A DNA stretch of 53,783 nucleotides, from the NCBI GenBank assembly GCA_028286545.1, contig JAQBRJ010000022.1, forward strand, positions 1 to 53,783, given 5' to 3'. The position numbers were made by a program, and so were the translations under genes. Below the pieces are notes generated by a model that did no database searches, was not told the DNA's origin, and worked only from the letters and a program-made list of their open reading frames with translations. The first letter of the stretch is position 1. Every line of letters begins with the position of its first letter. This DNA is from Parcubacteria group bacterium. GTDB taxonomy: Bacteria > Patescibacteriota > Minisyncoccia > Phycocordibacterales > Phycocordibacteraceae. Below, in pieces: positions 36,878-45,448 of this stretch.

Positions 36878-38905
36878 ATGTCTCCAGCACCAGCTCCGGC
36901 TCCAGCACCACACCGTGGTGACTCAGCGCAGCAGCCTAACGCAGAATCAACAGCACGCGCACCCCAACGTGAATCTTCAGAGCGCTCTGCAGGCGCAGAT
37001 CAGAATTCATCACGCGGACCTCAAGGTGGTCGCGGCAACGGACCTCGTTCCAGCGGTCCTCGCCCACAAGGTGGACCTTCATCGGGAGCTCCTCGCGGCA
37101 ACGGAAATCGCGGCGGCTCACGCGGTGGTAACGGCGGAAACCGTGGCGGCAATGGACGCGGCGGCATGCCTCGTCGTGGCGCTCCAACTCAGACCGCAAA
37201 GCGCGGCGCTGACTACTTCCCTCTTCCCGTAACACCAAACGTAGTACGTATCGTACCGCTCGGTGGCGTAGAAGAAGTGGGTCGCAACATGGTCGCCCTT
37301 GAAGTCGGCAACGACATCTTCGTCTTCGACGTAGGCTTCCAGTTCGTCTCCGAAGAATCAGCACCAGGCGTCGACTATATGCTCCCAAACACCGCGTACC
37401 TTGAAAAGAACAAGGACCGTGTTCGCGCAGCAATCATTACCCACGGTCACCTCGACCACATTGGTGGCATTCCCTTCCTTATGGATCGCTTCGGCAATCC
37501 ACCAATTTATACGCAGAACCTCACGGCTGTGATGATTCAGAAGCGCCAGGAGGAATATCCTGACGTACCAAAGCTCAACATCGTTACCGTTGAAGTTGGT
37601 CAGAGCATGACTATTGGTTCAACAAAAGTTAAATTCTTCCCCGTTACTCACTCCATTCCTGACTCGATGGGTATCTCAGTTGAAACTCCGTATGGCAACG
37701 TCGTCATTACCGGTGACCTCAAGCTCGAGCATGAGGATGGAATTCCGACCGCAAAGGAGCAGAAAGTCTGGGGCGATCTGGGCAAGGACAACAACCTCTT
37801 CTTTATTGCAGACTCAACCAACGCCGAGAAAGATGGCTTCTCTATTCCGGAGAGCCGCGTGAACAAGACTCTTGAGGAGATCGTCAAGACTGTTTCTGGA
37901 CGTCTCATCATCGGAACCTTTGCTTCACAGTTCGAGCGTATGGTTCGCATCATCGAAATCGCTGAACAGATGGGCAAGAAGATTGTGACGGAAGGTCGTT
38001 CTATCAAGGCAAACCTCGAGATCGCACAAAAGACCGGACTTCTTACGGTAAAGAAGGAAACGATTATTTCTGCACAGGAAATCGGTGATTATCCTCCAGA
38101 TAAAATCGTTATTCTTTCAACCGGTGCTCAGGGTGAAGAGTTCGCTGCACTCATGCGTATCGCAACGAAGCAGCATAAGAGCATCACCCTCACACCGCGT
38201 GATACCGTTGTGCTTTCATCATCCGTTATTCCGGGTAACGAAATCAGCGTTCAGAAGTTGAAGGACAACTTGTACCGTAATGGTGCAGCGATCATCAACT
38301 ACCGCACCAGCGACGTGCACTCAACCGGTCACGGAAACAGTGGCGAACTCGTCTGGATCAACCAGCAGGTTAATGCCAAGTACTTCATGCCTGGCTACGG
38401 CTACTACTCAATGACCTGGAACCATGCGAAAGCGGTGGAACAGGCAGGGCGCCCTCGTGAAAGCATCATTCTTGCTGACAACGGTACCGTTATCGATATC
38501 GTTGATGGTGAACGTTTGAACATCCACAAGGAGAAAGTGCCAAACGCACCGCTCGTTGTTGATGGTTTCGCTATCGGCGATATGCAGGAAGTGGTCATTC
38601 GTGACCGCCAGATGCTTTCTAAGGACGGCATGTTCGTGATCATTGCGACCGTGAACCTCAAGACCGGAAAGCTCCGCAAGTCTCCGGACATCATTTCTCG
38701 TGGATTCATTTATCTTCGCGAGAGTCAGGATCTCTTGAACGAAGCACGTCTCTTGATCAAGAAGACGGTTGAAGATTCAACCCGCGGTATGAACCCTGTC
38801 GACCTCGACTACGTAAAGAATAATCTTACGGACGTCATGGCTGGTTATTTGTTCACTCGCACCAATAAAGCACCGATGGTCATTCCGGTTCTTATTGGGG
38901 TGTAA
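36878..38905 (+). CDS. rnj: ribonuclease J with a ~105-aa Arg/Gly-rich N-terminal extension
   Basis: Metallo-beta-lactamase HGHLDHIGG, a beta-CASP region, and the RNase J-typical start VRIVPLGGVEEVGRNM after the low-complexity region. Confidence 0.9.
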   Translation: MSPAPAPAPAPHRGDSAQQPNAESTARAPQRESSERSAGADQNSSRGPQGGRGNGPRSSGPRPQGGPSSGAPRGNGNRGGSRGGNGGNRGGNGRGGMPRRGAPTQTAKRGADYFPLPVTPNVVRIVPLGGVEEVGRNMVALEVGNDIFVFDVGFQFVSEESAPGVDYMLPNTAYLEKNKDRVRAAIITHGHLDHIGGIPFLMDRFGNPPIYTQNLTAVMIQKRQEEYPDVPKLNIVTVEVGQSMTIGSTKVKFFPVTHSIPDSMGISVETPYGNVVITGDLKLEHEDGIPTAKEQKVWGDLGKDNNLFFIADSTNAEKDGFSIPESRVNKTLEEIVKTVSGRLIIGTFASQFERMVRIIEIAEQMGKKIVTEGRSIKANLEIAQKTGLLTVKKETIISAQEIGDYPPDKIVILSTGAQGEEFAALMRIATKQHKSITLTPRDTVVLSSSVIPGNEISVQKLKDNLYRNGAAIINYRTSDVHSTGHGNSGELVWINQQVNAKYFMPGYGYYSMTWNHAKAVEQAGRPRESIILADNGTVIDIVDGERLNIHKEKVPNAPLVVDGFAIGDMQEVVIRDRQMLSKDGMFVIIATVNLKTGKLRKSPDIISRGFIYLRESQDLLNEARLLIKKTVEDSTRGMNPVDLDYVKNNLTDVMAGYLFTRTNKAPMVIPVLIGV

Positions 38906-38922
38906 CGATTTACACCTTCGAA

Positions 38923-38959
38923 AAAGAACAGCCGCACCCATGGGTGCGGCTGTTTCTTT
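38923..38959. terminator. bidirectional terminator overlapping the stop codon of the convergent glycosylase gene
   Basis: Stem aaagaacagccgcaccca / tgggtgcggctgtttcttt. Confidence 0.65.
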
Positions 38960-39794
38960 ATATTGGGAGACGATACAAACGACCTAATTTTTCGATAATA
39001 CCTTCGTTGAGAAGTTTCTCTAACTGAATATGTATTTGTGGTGCGCGATCAGTATCAAAGAGTTTCAGTACCCGTACCAGCGTTGCAGGCTTTGTGGTAA
39101 GTTCGCGAACAATGGCACCGCGCACTTCGCGACCAGAACCTGCAAATGTTGATTGCTTTGCATATGTTTTACTTTTGTTGTTAATACGGACGCCGGAGCG
39201 TTTAAGGTGTGCACCATAGTCCATGAGGGCTGCATACCATTCACGGGCGCTACCTTTAGACAGCGCCCGTTCAAGCACCTTAAATATCTCAGCGTCAGCA
39301 ACACCTTCCTTATCCTTAAAGAAATGATGCGTTACCGCCGTGCGAATATTCGTCTCAATAAACACAACGTCTTGATTGTACGCAAACGCAGCCACTGCGC
39401 GGGCCGTGTAATGCCCTACTCCCGGCAGACTCTCTAGTTTTTCGACAGTCACTGGCATTTTTACGACAGTGCTCTTTTTTATCATCCGCCCCTTATGATC
39501 ACGGACCACCGCTTTCGCAGCATCATGCAACATCTTTGCTCGGCGATTGTATCCGAGTCCCTGCCAGTGAGTCAGCACATCAGCAAGCGGAGCATCGGCA
39601 AGCTTCTTTACAGTTGGATATGCTTTGATCCATTCCCGATAGTACGAAAGCACACGCTCAATCTGCGTTTGCTGCAGCATCACTTCGGAAACTAGAATGC
39701 GATACGGATCGTGCGTCGTTCGCCACGGAAGCGAATGTCTTCCGTGCTCCTTATAATGCTTCCAAACAACCTCTCTAAACTTCGGTATTGTCAT
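38958..39794 (-). CDS. HhH-GPD DNA glycosylase, MutY-like N-terminal domain, cysteine-free
   Basis: SEVMLQQTQIERV and LPGVGHYTARAV (HhH) are present. There is no Cys anywhere in the 278 aa and no NUDIX-like C-terminal domain. Confidence 0.75.
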   Translation of the reverse strand: MTIPKFREVVWKHYKEHGRHSLPWRTTHDPYRILVSEVMLQQTQIERVLSYYREWIKAYPTVKKLADAPLADVLTHWQGLGYNRRAKMLHDAAKAVVRDHKGRMIKKSTVVKMPVTVEKLESLPGVGHYTARAVAAFAYNQDVVFIETNIRTAVTHHFFKDKEGVADAEIFKVLERALSKGSAREWYAALMDYGAHLKRSGVRINNKSKTYAKQSTFAGSGREVRGAIVRELTTKPATLVRVLKLFDTDRAPQIHIQLEKLLNEGIIEKLGRLYRLPI

Positions 39795-39812
39795 TGGTAA
39801 ATTCCTGCGTAA

Positions 39813-40535
39813 TCAAATTTCATAGATAACATCCTTGCGCTCAACAATCGTCTTCCAACCATGCTGCTGTGCATGGCGATACAATCCGCGATTCGGATTA
39901 AAGGCAATCGGTTCTTCAACAAGATCAAGCATAGAAATATCGCTTTCCGTATCGCCTACTCCAACGGAACCAGTGAGCGTTAAACCTTCTTTTTCAATAG
40001 CACGCAGGAGTATCGCAGACTTATTCATAATGACATGCTCGTCTTCAAGCTCTCCCGTGAAGCGGCCGGATGCGCCGGTAGAATAAAATGTGCCGTATGA
40101 TTTATCAAAGCCAAGTTCGTACGCAAAACCATCGACGATAAACTTTGGTGAGTGAGAAATGGCGAGCAAAAAGTATCCTTCTGCCTTTAACTCTTTTATG
40201 AGGTCGCGTGTATATTGATACGTTCTATTTCGCTTCTCTTCGATAATTTCCCCTGCAATGTCTGCAACATCCCCATAGGGCAACCCTTTCAAGTTTTTAA
40301 TAAACGCATTGATGACCTGTCGTATATATACCTCGTAGTCGCCATTACGATCTTGCCAATCCATCTGCGCCTCCTCATATTCCGTTCTCGCCTCTTCGGG
40401 TATAACGCCTCGCATAATAAGCCGGTCTACAAGCTCAATGAGGAGCGACGAGCGGAACACCGTTCCATCAATATCGAACACTGCGACCGGTCGTTTCCCG
40501 TCCCCAGCTTCAGGAATATGTGAGATAAAACTCAT
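39813..40535 (-). CDS. HAD-superfamily (subfamily IB-like) hydrolase
   Basis: Motif I VAVFDIDGTVF and motif IV GVGDTESD, with a cap-domain-length insert. Confidence 0.75.
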   Translation of the reverse strand: MSFISHIPEAGDGKRPVAVFDIDGTVFRSSLLIELVDRLIMRGVIPEEARTEYEEAQMDWQDRNGDYEVYIRQVINAFIKNLKGLPYGDVADIAGEIIEEKRNRTYQYTRDLIKELKAEGYFLLAISHSPKFIVDGFAYELGFDKSYGTFYSTGASGRFTGELEDEHVIMNKSAILLRAIEKEGLTLTGSVGVGDTESDISMLDLVEEPIAFNPNRGLYRHAQQHGWKTIVERKDVIYEI

Positions 40536-40584
40536 AGAGATATCATATCAGGCCCTGAAGTCGGCAGATCAAGGGATGAATATG

Positions 40585-40608
40585 AAAAGACACCTCCGAA
40601 GAAGTGCC
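40585..40608 (-). terminator. UUCG-tetraloop rho-independent terminator about 270 nt downstream of nth
   Basis: The minus strand reads GGCACUUC-UUCG-GAGGUGUC (8 bp including two G-U pairs) followed by UUUUCAU. Confidence 0.55.
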
Positions 40609-40882
40609 GTCGAATTCGCTGAAAGCGAAAGAATGAGCGAGTGTTCCCGAACTCAAGAGTGGTACCTAAGCTTCATGCTAAGACCGTGTGCTAATGGGCC
40701 CGCAGGCTCCTTGACCAATGTCGGTATATATCGCCGACGCCGCTCAAATTGCTTCCGGTAGCTATTCGGAGGCATGAACCTGGATATCAACAACGTAGTC
40801 CGCTTGCTTTTGGCTCGTACCATTCAAGAGCCGGGAACTCCAGTAATGTACTACAGCCCTCGCGTTGCGTCAACGATTTGAC

Positions 40883-41563
40883 CTACTTTGCCTTCGGCCA
40901 GCGAAATGCCGCAGGAGGCCAAATCTTCGTAAGCGGATGGTCACCACACTCATGAGGAATCGCCTTACACACATATCGTCCATACAGTACCAACCCGTTA
41001 TTCACATATTTCCAGTCTGCCTTTGGTATCAAGGCCTCCAAATCTTTTGAGATCTTTGTAAGTTCTGTTTTCTCTGTTAAATCAAAGCGCAACGCAAAAC
41101 GTCGCACATGCGTATCAGTAGGAATTCCTTCCCACGTACTAAAAAGCTCACCCATGATTACGTGTGCAGACTTATACGCAATACCTGGCAACTGAACTAA
41201 TTCCTTTTCCGTCTTTGGCACTTCCCCACCAAATTCATCGCAGATCATCTTCGCACTTGCGATTATGTGCTTTGCTTTCGTTCGAAAATACGTAATACCT
41301 TTCATTTCTTCCGAAAGCGTCTCCCAATTAGCATTGGCAAAGTCCTTTACCGTTCGATACTTCTTATACAAAGTCTCGTTCAACTGATTCACTTTTTTAT
41401 CCGTACATTGAGCCGACATCATGACAGCCACCACAAGCTGAAACGGCGTGTGGTATATGAGTTCCGTCTTTGGCGCAGGATACGCTTTCTTCAAATACGC
41501 GAGCATTTTCCTTGCACGCGCCTTTCGTTCTTCCGGTGTGCTTATGACCGGAAGACTGGTCAT
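40883..41563 (-). CDS. nth: endonuclease III-family HhH-GPD glycosylase/lyase
   Basis: MMSAQCTDKKVN, LPGIAYKSAHVIMG (HhH with Lys) and IPTDTHVRRF (catalytic Asp). The C-terminus has only C-x6-C rather than the four-Cys cluster loop. Confidence 0.8.
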   Translation of the reverse strand: MTSLPVISTPEERKARARKMLAYLKKAYPAPKTELIYHTPFQLVVAVMMSAQCTDKKVNQLNETLYKKYRTVKDFANANWETLSEEMKGITYFRTKAKHIIASAKMICDEFGGEVPKTEKELVQLPGIAYKSAHVIMGELFSTWEGIPTDTHVRRFALRFDLTEKTELTKISKDLEALIPKADWKYVNNGLVLYGRYVCKAIPHECGDHPLTKIWPPAAFRWPKAK

Positions 41564-42033
41564 GCTAATTCTTTCAGGTCAGCGAGAACTTCTGCTGCAT
41601 GCGCCTCTGGCTTCACGCCTTCATATATCTTTGCGATAGTGCCGTCGGGAGCAATGAGAAATGACGTGCGAAATACTCCTTCGTATTCCTTACCCATGAA
41701 TTTCTTTAGTCCCCACACACCGTATGCAGACGCGACAGCATGCCCTTCGTCAGCCAGTAGAGTAAACGGCAGCTTGTACTTCTCTACGAACTTCGCATGA
41801 CTTTTTACACTGTCTGGCGAGATACCCAGTACCACAGCGTTCACTCCAGCAAAATCCGGAAATGCATCGCGAATAGCACAGGCTTCCTTGGTGCAACCAG
41901 GAGTATCGTCTTTTGGATAAAAATACATGAGTACATACCGACCAGCGAACTCGGCTAGGGAACGAGAAGTACCTTCTTGATCAAGAAGTGTGAATGCTGG
42001 TGCAGGAGCTCCGACGGTTGGAAGTGTAGACAT
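41560..42033 (-). CDS. bcp: thiol peroxidase / peroxiredoxin Bcp
   Basis: 157 aa with YFYPKDDTPGCTKEAC, including the peroxidatic Cys. Confidence 0.85.
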   Translation of the reverse strand: MSTLPTVGAPAPAFTLLDQEGTSRSLAEFAGRYVLMYFYPKDDTPGCTKEACAIRDAFPDFAGVNAVVLGISPDSVKSHAKFVEKYKLPFTLLADEGHAVASAYGVWGLKKFMGKEYEGVFRTSFLIAPDGTIAKIYEGVKPEAHAAEVLADLKELA

Positions 42034-42044
42034 AGTGAAATAAT

Positions 42045-43229
42045 TTATGAATAACGATCAGCTTCGAATCTGTTCGATGTACGGAAGGCAAAGGCGTACG
42101 CAATAGAAGCAATCACGCCTGCAGCCACTGCAGTGAACAATAGAGAAATGATGAGTCCGAGCTGCGGTATGAGGCTGACTGCGTATAGTGCCACGGTACC
42201 GATAATTGCATCCCTCCACGTAAAGACTCGCACTCCCCGCAAGCGATACAATACGAATCGTCGAAGAAGCGCACCCATAAGTATGCCAGCACATACATAT
42301 GCAAGTAATGAAAGCAGTAAGTAGAGAGCGCTAAGCAAAAGCGCGAGCCCGCCACCGACAAACGATACAAACAATAGCAATATGAATATTGGAGTCGCAA
42401 CGAATAGACCAAAGCCGAGCAAGCCTGTTAGGACAAGTTTGCGCGGTTCGATTGGAAGCACTGAATCGATAACCAAGTCAGTGAATACTGGGAAGAGTCC
42501 TGCAAGCAATCCAGCAACAATAATAGTTGCAATTACCCGAACGATGAAAAAGATACCAGCTCCTGCGATAGCGTAGCGTTGTGCTTCTTCATTGGTTGGC
42601 ACATACGCGTATGAACCGGTATACGTTGTTGTACCTCCTACGCTGCTCTCAGCGGGTAGAATCACCTGCTGCGGTGCGTTATACCGAAGATTCCCAGCAA
42701 TATGTGTTTCATTTGCAAGTGTAAATCGATTCGATGCAATGATCGTGACGTTACCGCCATAGGTTCCTGAGAGCGTAACGTTCGCGCCATAGATAGTGAC
42801 GTCACCGGTCGAGCCACCCGAAGCATCCACCGTACCGCCAAGTGCAAAGAGATTAGCAGAGTGGCCCGTAACTATTACGGAGCCGCCTGCGGCGGCAATG
42901 TCCCCTCCTGCATCTCCGCTCACCGTTACGCGCGCACCCACAGCGCGCACATTAGTACCCGATGGTTTTTCAACAAGCACCGTACCGCCAGCAGCAAGTA
43001 CTTCACCTGCAACAGGCGCATATACGTTCACGACGCCGCCAAAGGCGGCGAGATCCCCCGTTACCGGAGCCGTGATAGTAACCTGGGTGTCAGCAACGTA
43101 CGTGTTTGGCGAAGAAGTATTTGTTGTGGTCGTAGCAAACTTCGTCTGAGCAAACGAAGTCGCAGGCACACTTATGCCAATCAACACTACGAGAAGTATG
43201 ACCGGAAGAATAAGGAGCGTGCGCTTCAT
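42045..43229 (-). CDS. exported beta-helix-repeat protein with a polytopic C-terminal membrane domain
   Basis: Start taken at MKRTLLILPVILLVVL. It has degenerate G-x-V/I-x-V repeats (bactofilin/polymer-forming-like) followed by ~5 TM segments. Confidence 0.5.
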   Translation of the reverse strand: MKRTLLILPVILLVVLIGISVPATSFAQTKFATTTTNTSSPNTYVADTQVTITAPVTGDLAAFGGVVNVYAPVAGEVLAAGGTVLVEKPSGTNVRAVGARVTVSGDAGGDIAAAGGSVIVTGHSANLFALGGTVDASGGSTGDVTIYGANVTLSGTYGGNVTIIASNRFTLANETHIAGNLRYNAPQQVILPAESSVGGTTTYTGSYAYVPTNEEAQRYAIAGAGIFFIVRVIATIIVAGLLAGLFPVFTDLVIDSVLPIEPRKLVLTGLLGFGLFVATPIFILLLFVSFVGGGLALLLSALYLLLSLLAYVCAGILMGALLRRFVLYRLRGVRVFTWRDAIIGTVALYAVSLIPQLGLIISLLFTAVAAGVIASIAYAFAFRTSNRFEADRYS

Positions 43230-43233
43230 AGGA

Positions 43234-43686
43234 TTATCCGACAACAGCAACGCGCGGTGGCGTGTGGCGTCGATACAATATAGTTGCACATATAAAAATA
43301 AGAAGTGAGATTGCAAACGAAGCCAAACAATACACACAGAGTGCCTTAATAACGAAAATCTGCAGACCGATGAAATAGATCGAGGAAAGTATGCCAAGCA
43401 CCGCAACTACAAAGAGCGCATGATAGAAGTGCCGCTTCGAAACTATGAGCAATAATCCAGAGAGCATGAAAAGAAATGCGTAAAACACAACGCCATATAC
43501 TGCAAGAGGAATTCCAAACACTCGTGAGTATGCACTCTGTGCCACCACATTACAACCATCGAGAACTGCATCAATACCACACGCAAGCGCCGAGCCTGTA
43601 AGCGCGCTGTGCGCAAGGTACGTCGCATCGGCAAGTCCCAGGAATGCCAGCACGAGAATAAGAGTAAGAAGGGCCGTTCGGCTCAT
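43234..43686 (-). CDS. vitamin K epoxide reductase (VKOR)-family protein
   Basis: 150 aa and 4 TM segments, with a loop Cys pair (ACGIDAVLDGC) and a CVYC CxxC at the start of a TM segment. Confidence 0.7.
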   Translation of the reverse strand: MSRTALLTLILVLAFLGLADATYLAHSALTGSALACGIDAVLDGCNVVAQSAYSRVFGIPLAVYGVVFYAFLFMLSGLLLIVSKRHFYHALFVVAVLGILSSIYFIGLQIFVIKALCVYCLASFAISLLIFICATILYRRHTPPRVAVVG

Positions 43687-43771
43687 AGACTCTTATTCTA
43701 CCCCTTCATGAAGGCATGTCTATAACCAGATTTCGCTGTGCCAAAACCCTCCTTAGATCTATACTTATCAT

Positions 43772-44173
43772 ATGGAAATAAACGAAGAAGAACTCAAGGC
43801 GACGCTCACGCCCGAAGAATATCAAGTTTTGCGTGAAGGCGGCACTGAAGCGCCTTTTAAGGGCGAATACGTCAACAACCATGACGATGGCATGTATCAC
43901 TGCAAAGTTTGCGGCAATGCATTGTTTAGTTCAGAGGCGAAGTTCGATTCAAAGAGCGGCTGGCCGTCCTTTACTGACCCTGCAGTAGCAGAGAACGTCG
44001 GTCTTCGCAGCGACGACGCACACGGCATGCATCGCACCGAAGTCTTTTGTAAAAACTGTGGCAGTCACCTGGGCCACGTCTTCGACGATGGTCCTGCAGA
44101 CAAAGGCGGCAAACGCTACTGTATCAACTCCATTTCTCTCGATTTTGAGAAGGACGAGAAGCCCGGTGCGTAA
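43772..44173 (+). CDS. msrB: peptide-methionine (R)-S-oxide reductase
   Basis: YHCKVCGNALF, GWPSF, CKNCGSHLGHVF and RYCINS. Confidence 0.9.
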   Translation: MEINEEELKATLTPEEYQVLREGGTEAPFKGEYVNNHDDGMYHCKVCGNALFSSEAKFDSKSGWPSFTDPAVAENVGLRSDDAHGMHRTEVFCKNCGSHLGHVFDDGPADKGGKRYCINSISLDFEKDEKPGA

Positions 44174-44240
44174 CACACGCGAATTCGATACCTACTCTGC
44201 TAGCAAATTTTAGGCCATACAAAATGATATGATATAGCCA

Positions 44241-45014
44241 ATGCGAAATTTCATCTTTGCTGGAATCCTTTTTGCCTTGTTAGGCATGACAGCCCCCACG
44301 CCAACATATGCTGATTCGGCAAATCCTTCTTTATATGAGCTTCTGGGAATAAAACCTGATACCGCCTGTATTTCGAGGGATGTCGCTCCCTACATGTATG
44401 AGTACGGGAATGACGCGTATGCAATGTGCGGAATAGGTGGTGGAGAGGAGAATGCCTGCAAAGAGAGCCAGAGTAAGTATTACAAATATCTTGGTCACAC
44501 CAAGCCTGTGGGCGAAGATGAAAATAGAAAGAAGGTAGGATATCTCTTTTGTCCTACTACTATCTACGAAGCAACCCAATGTGAGGCAACCGAAGAACTT
44601 ATTACGTGTGAGGATACTGGCTACTCTGATAATGACCCTTCCCCTACGACCAGATCATGTGGTGCATATGGAAGTTTCACGTACAGCGAAGAAGGAAATG
44701 TACAGATGACTGAGTTTCGCCAACAGGTACGTTTTTTAAGCGCGAAGTACTATAAGTTCACCAGAGAAGAGAAATTCTGCAAATTGAAAGATCGGCAAAT
44801 AATTATCGGTTCCGCTCCCATGACGTCTGGCCAGAAGAATAATGTACCCGCCACCCCAGAACAAATTTCAGATATTGCCACTTCATCCAATACGCGATCA
44901 TCAGAGGTGAAGACTGCTGCTCAGGAAAACCTTATGGGCTCTATCCTCATGCTTATCGTAGGCGTGGCGGGCTTAGGAGCCATACTCCTCTTCAAGATTC
45001 GTGGACGTTCTTAG
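44241..45014 (+). CDS. Cys-rich exported protein with a C-terminal TM segment plus basic tail
   Basis: Signal peptide MRNFIFAGILFALLGMTAPTPTYA, 10 Cys, and C-terminus LMLIVGVAGLGAILLFKIRGRS. The gene is AT-rich. Confidence 0.6.
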   Translation: MRNFIFAGILFALLGMTAPTPTYADSANPSLYELLGIKPDTACISRDVAPYMYEYGNDAYAMCGIGGGEENACKESQSKYYKYLGHTKPVGEDENRKKVGYLFCPTTIYEATQCEATEELITCEDTGYSDNDPSPTTRSCGAYGSFTYSEEGNVQMTEFRQQVRFLSAKYYKFTREEKFCKLKDRQIIIGSAPMTSGQKNNVPATPEQISDIATSSNTRSSEVKTAAQENLMGSILMLIVGVAGLGAILLFKIRGRS

Positions 45015-45348
45015 CGCTCTCGTTATCCCTCTTTTACTTACGTTGGCCGCAGAGCTGGCTGTTGCGTGGTGCTTTGGCTTTCGAACCTCGACTCAGTATT
45101 TTGCTATCACCGCAATTAATCTTATTACGAATCCTGTATTGAATTTTATTCTGCTCCTGTATGGCTACGTGACCTCATCAAGCATGCCATTTATCGGGAT
45201 AGCACTATTAGAAGTGATTGTAGTGCTACCAGAGTATTTGCTACTTACATTTAGTTTGCCCCAGTTAAAGAAGAGTAGAGCATTTGTTTTTGTTCTTATT
45301 GCAAATATTGCTTCATTTGCGCTTGGTCTTTTGGTACTTGGTTTGTAG
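45001..45348 (+). CDS. small 4-TM membrane protein, translationally coupled to the preceding gene
   Basis: GTG start overlapping the upstream stop by 14 nt. It contains membrane-embedded Glu residues (LAAELAV, LLEVIVVLPEY) and NLITNPVLN. Confidence 0.5.
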   Translation: MDVLSALVIPLLLTLAAELAVAWCFGFRTSTQYFAITAINLITNPVLNFILLLYGYVTSSSMPFIGIALLEVIVVLPEYLLLTFSLPQLKKSRAFVFVLIANIASFALGLLVLGL

Positions 45349-45448
45349 AGACGTTAGAAAAGTTCTAACGTCGACCCAACCAAACAGTCAGCAATAAAAG
45401 AAAATCCGCCACGGTTCCTAATACGGAGCCGAAGCGGTTTAGTTTAGC

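Noticed and set aside
36915-37433. ORFs 36915..37232 (+) and 36936..37433 (-) inside the 5' part of the RNase J gene
   Set aside because: These are alternative frames of the GC-rich Arg/Gly-repeat coding region. They have no independent signals, and the main frame continues into a clear RNase J catalytic domain.
40536-40882. tmRNA, SRP RNA or 6S RNA in the nth-HAD gap
   Set aside because: There is no GGGG...GGATTCGACGGG 5' end with a matching tRNA-like 3' end ...TCCACCA. There is no CC-GGAA-GG/AGCA helix-8 motif on either strand, and no long closing stem with a central bubble. A partial GAATTCGACGG match lies too close to the HAD gene to leave room for a tmRNA.
42045-43406. The 59-codon N-terminal extension of the beta-helix-repeat protein ORF (43230..43406)
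   Set aside because: The extension overlaps the 3' end of the VKOR gene and is Cys/Arg/Leu-rich. A signal-peptide-like Met (MKRTLLILPV) at 43229 gives a sensible start 4 nt after the VKOR stop.
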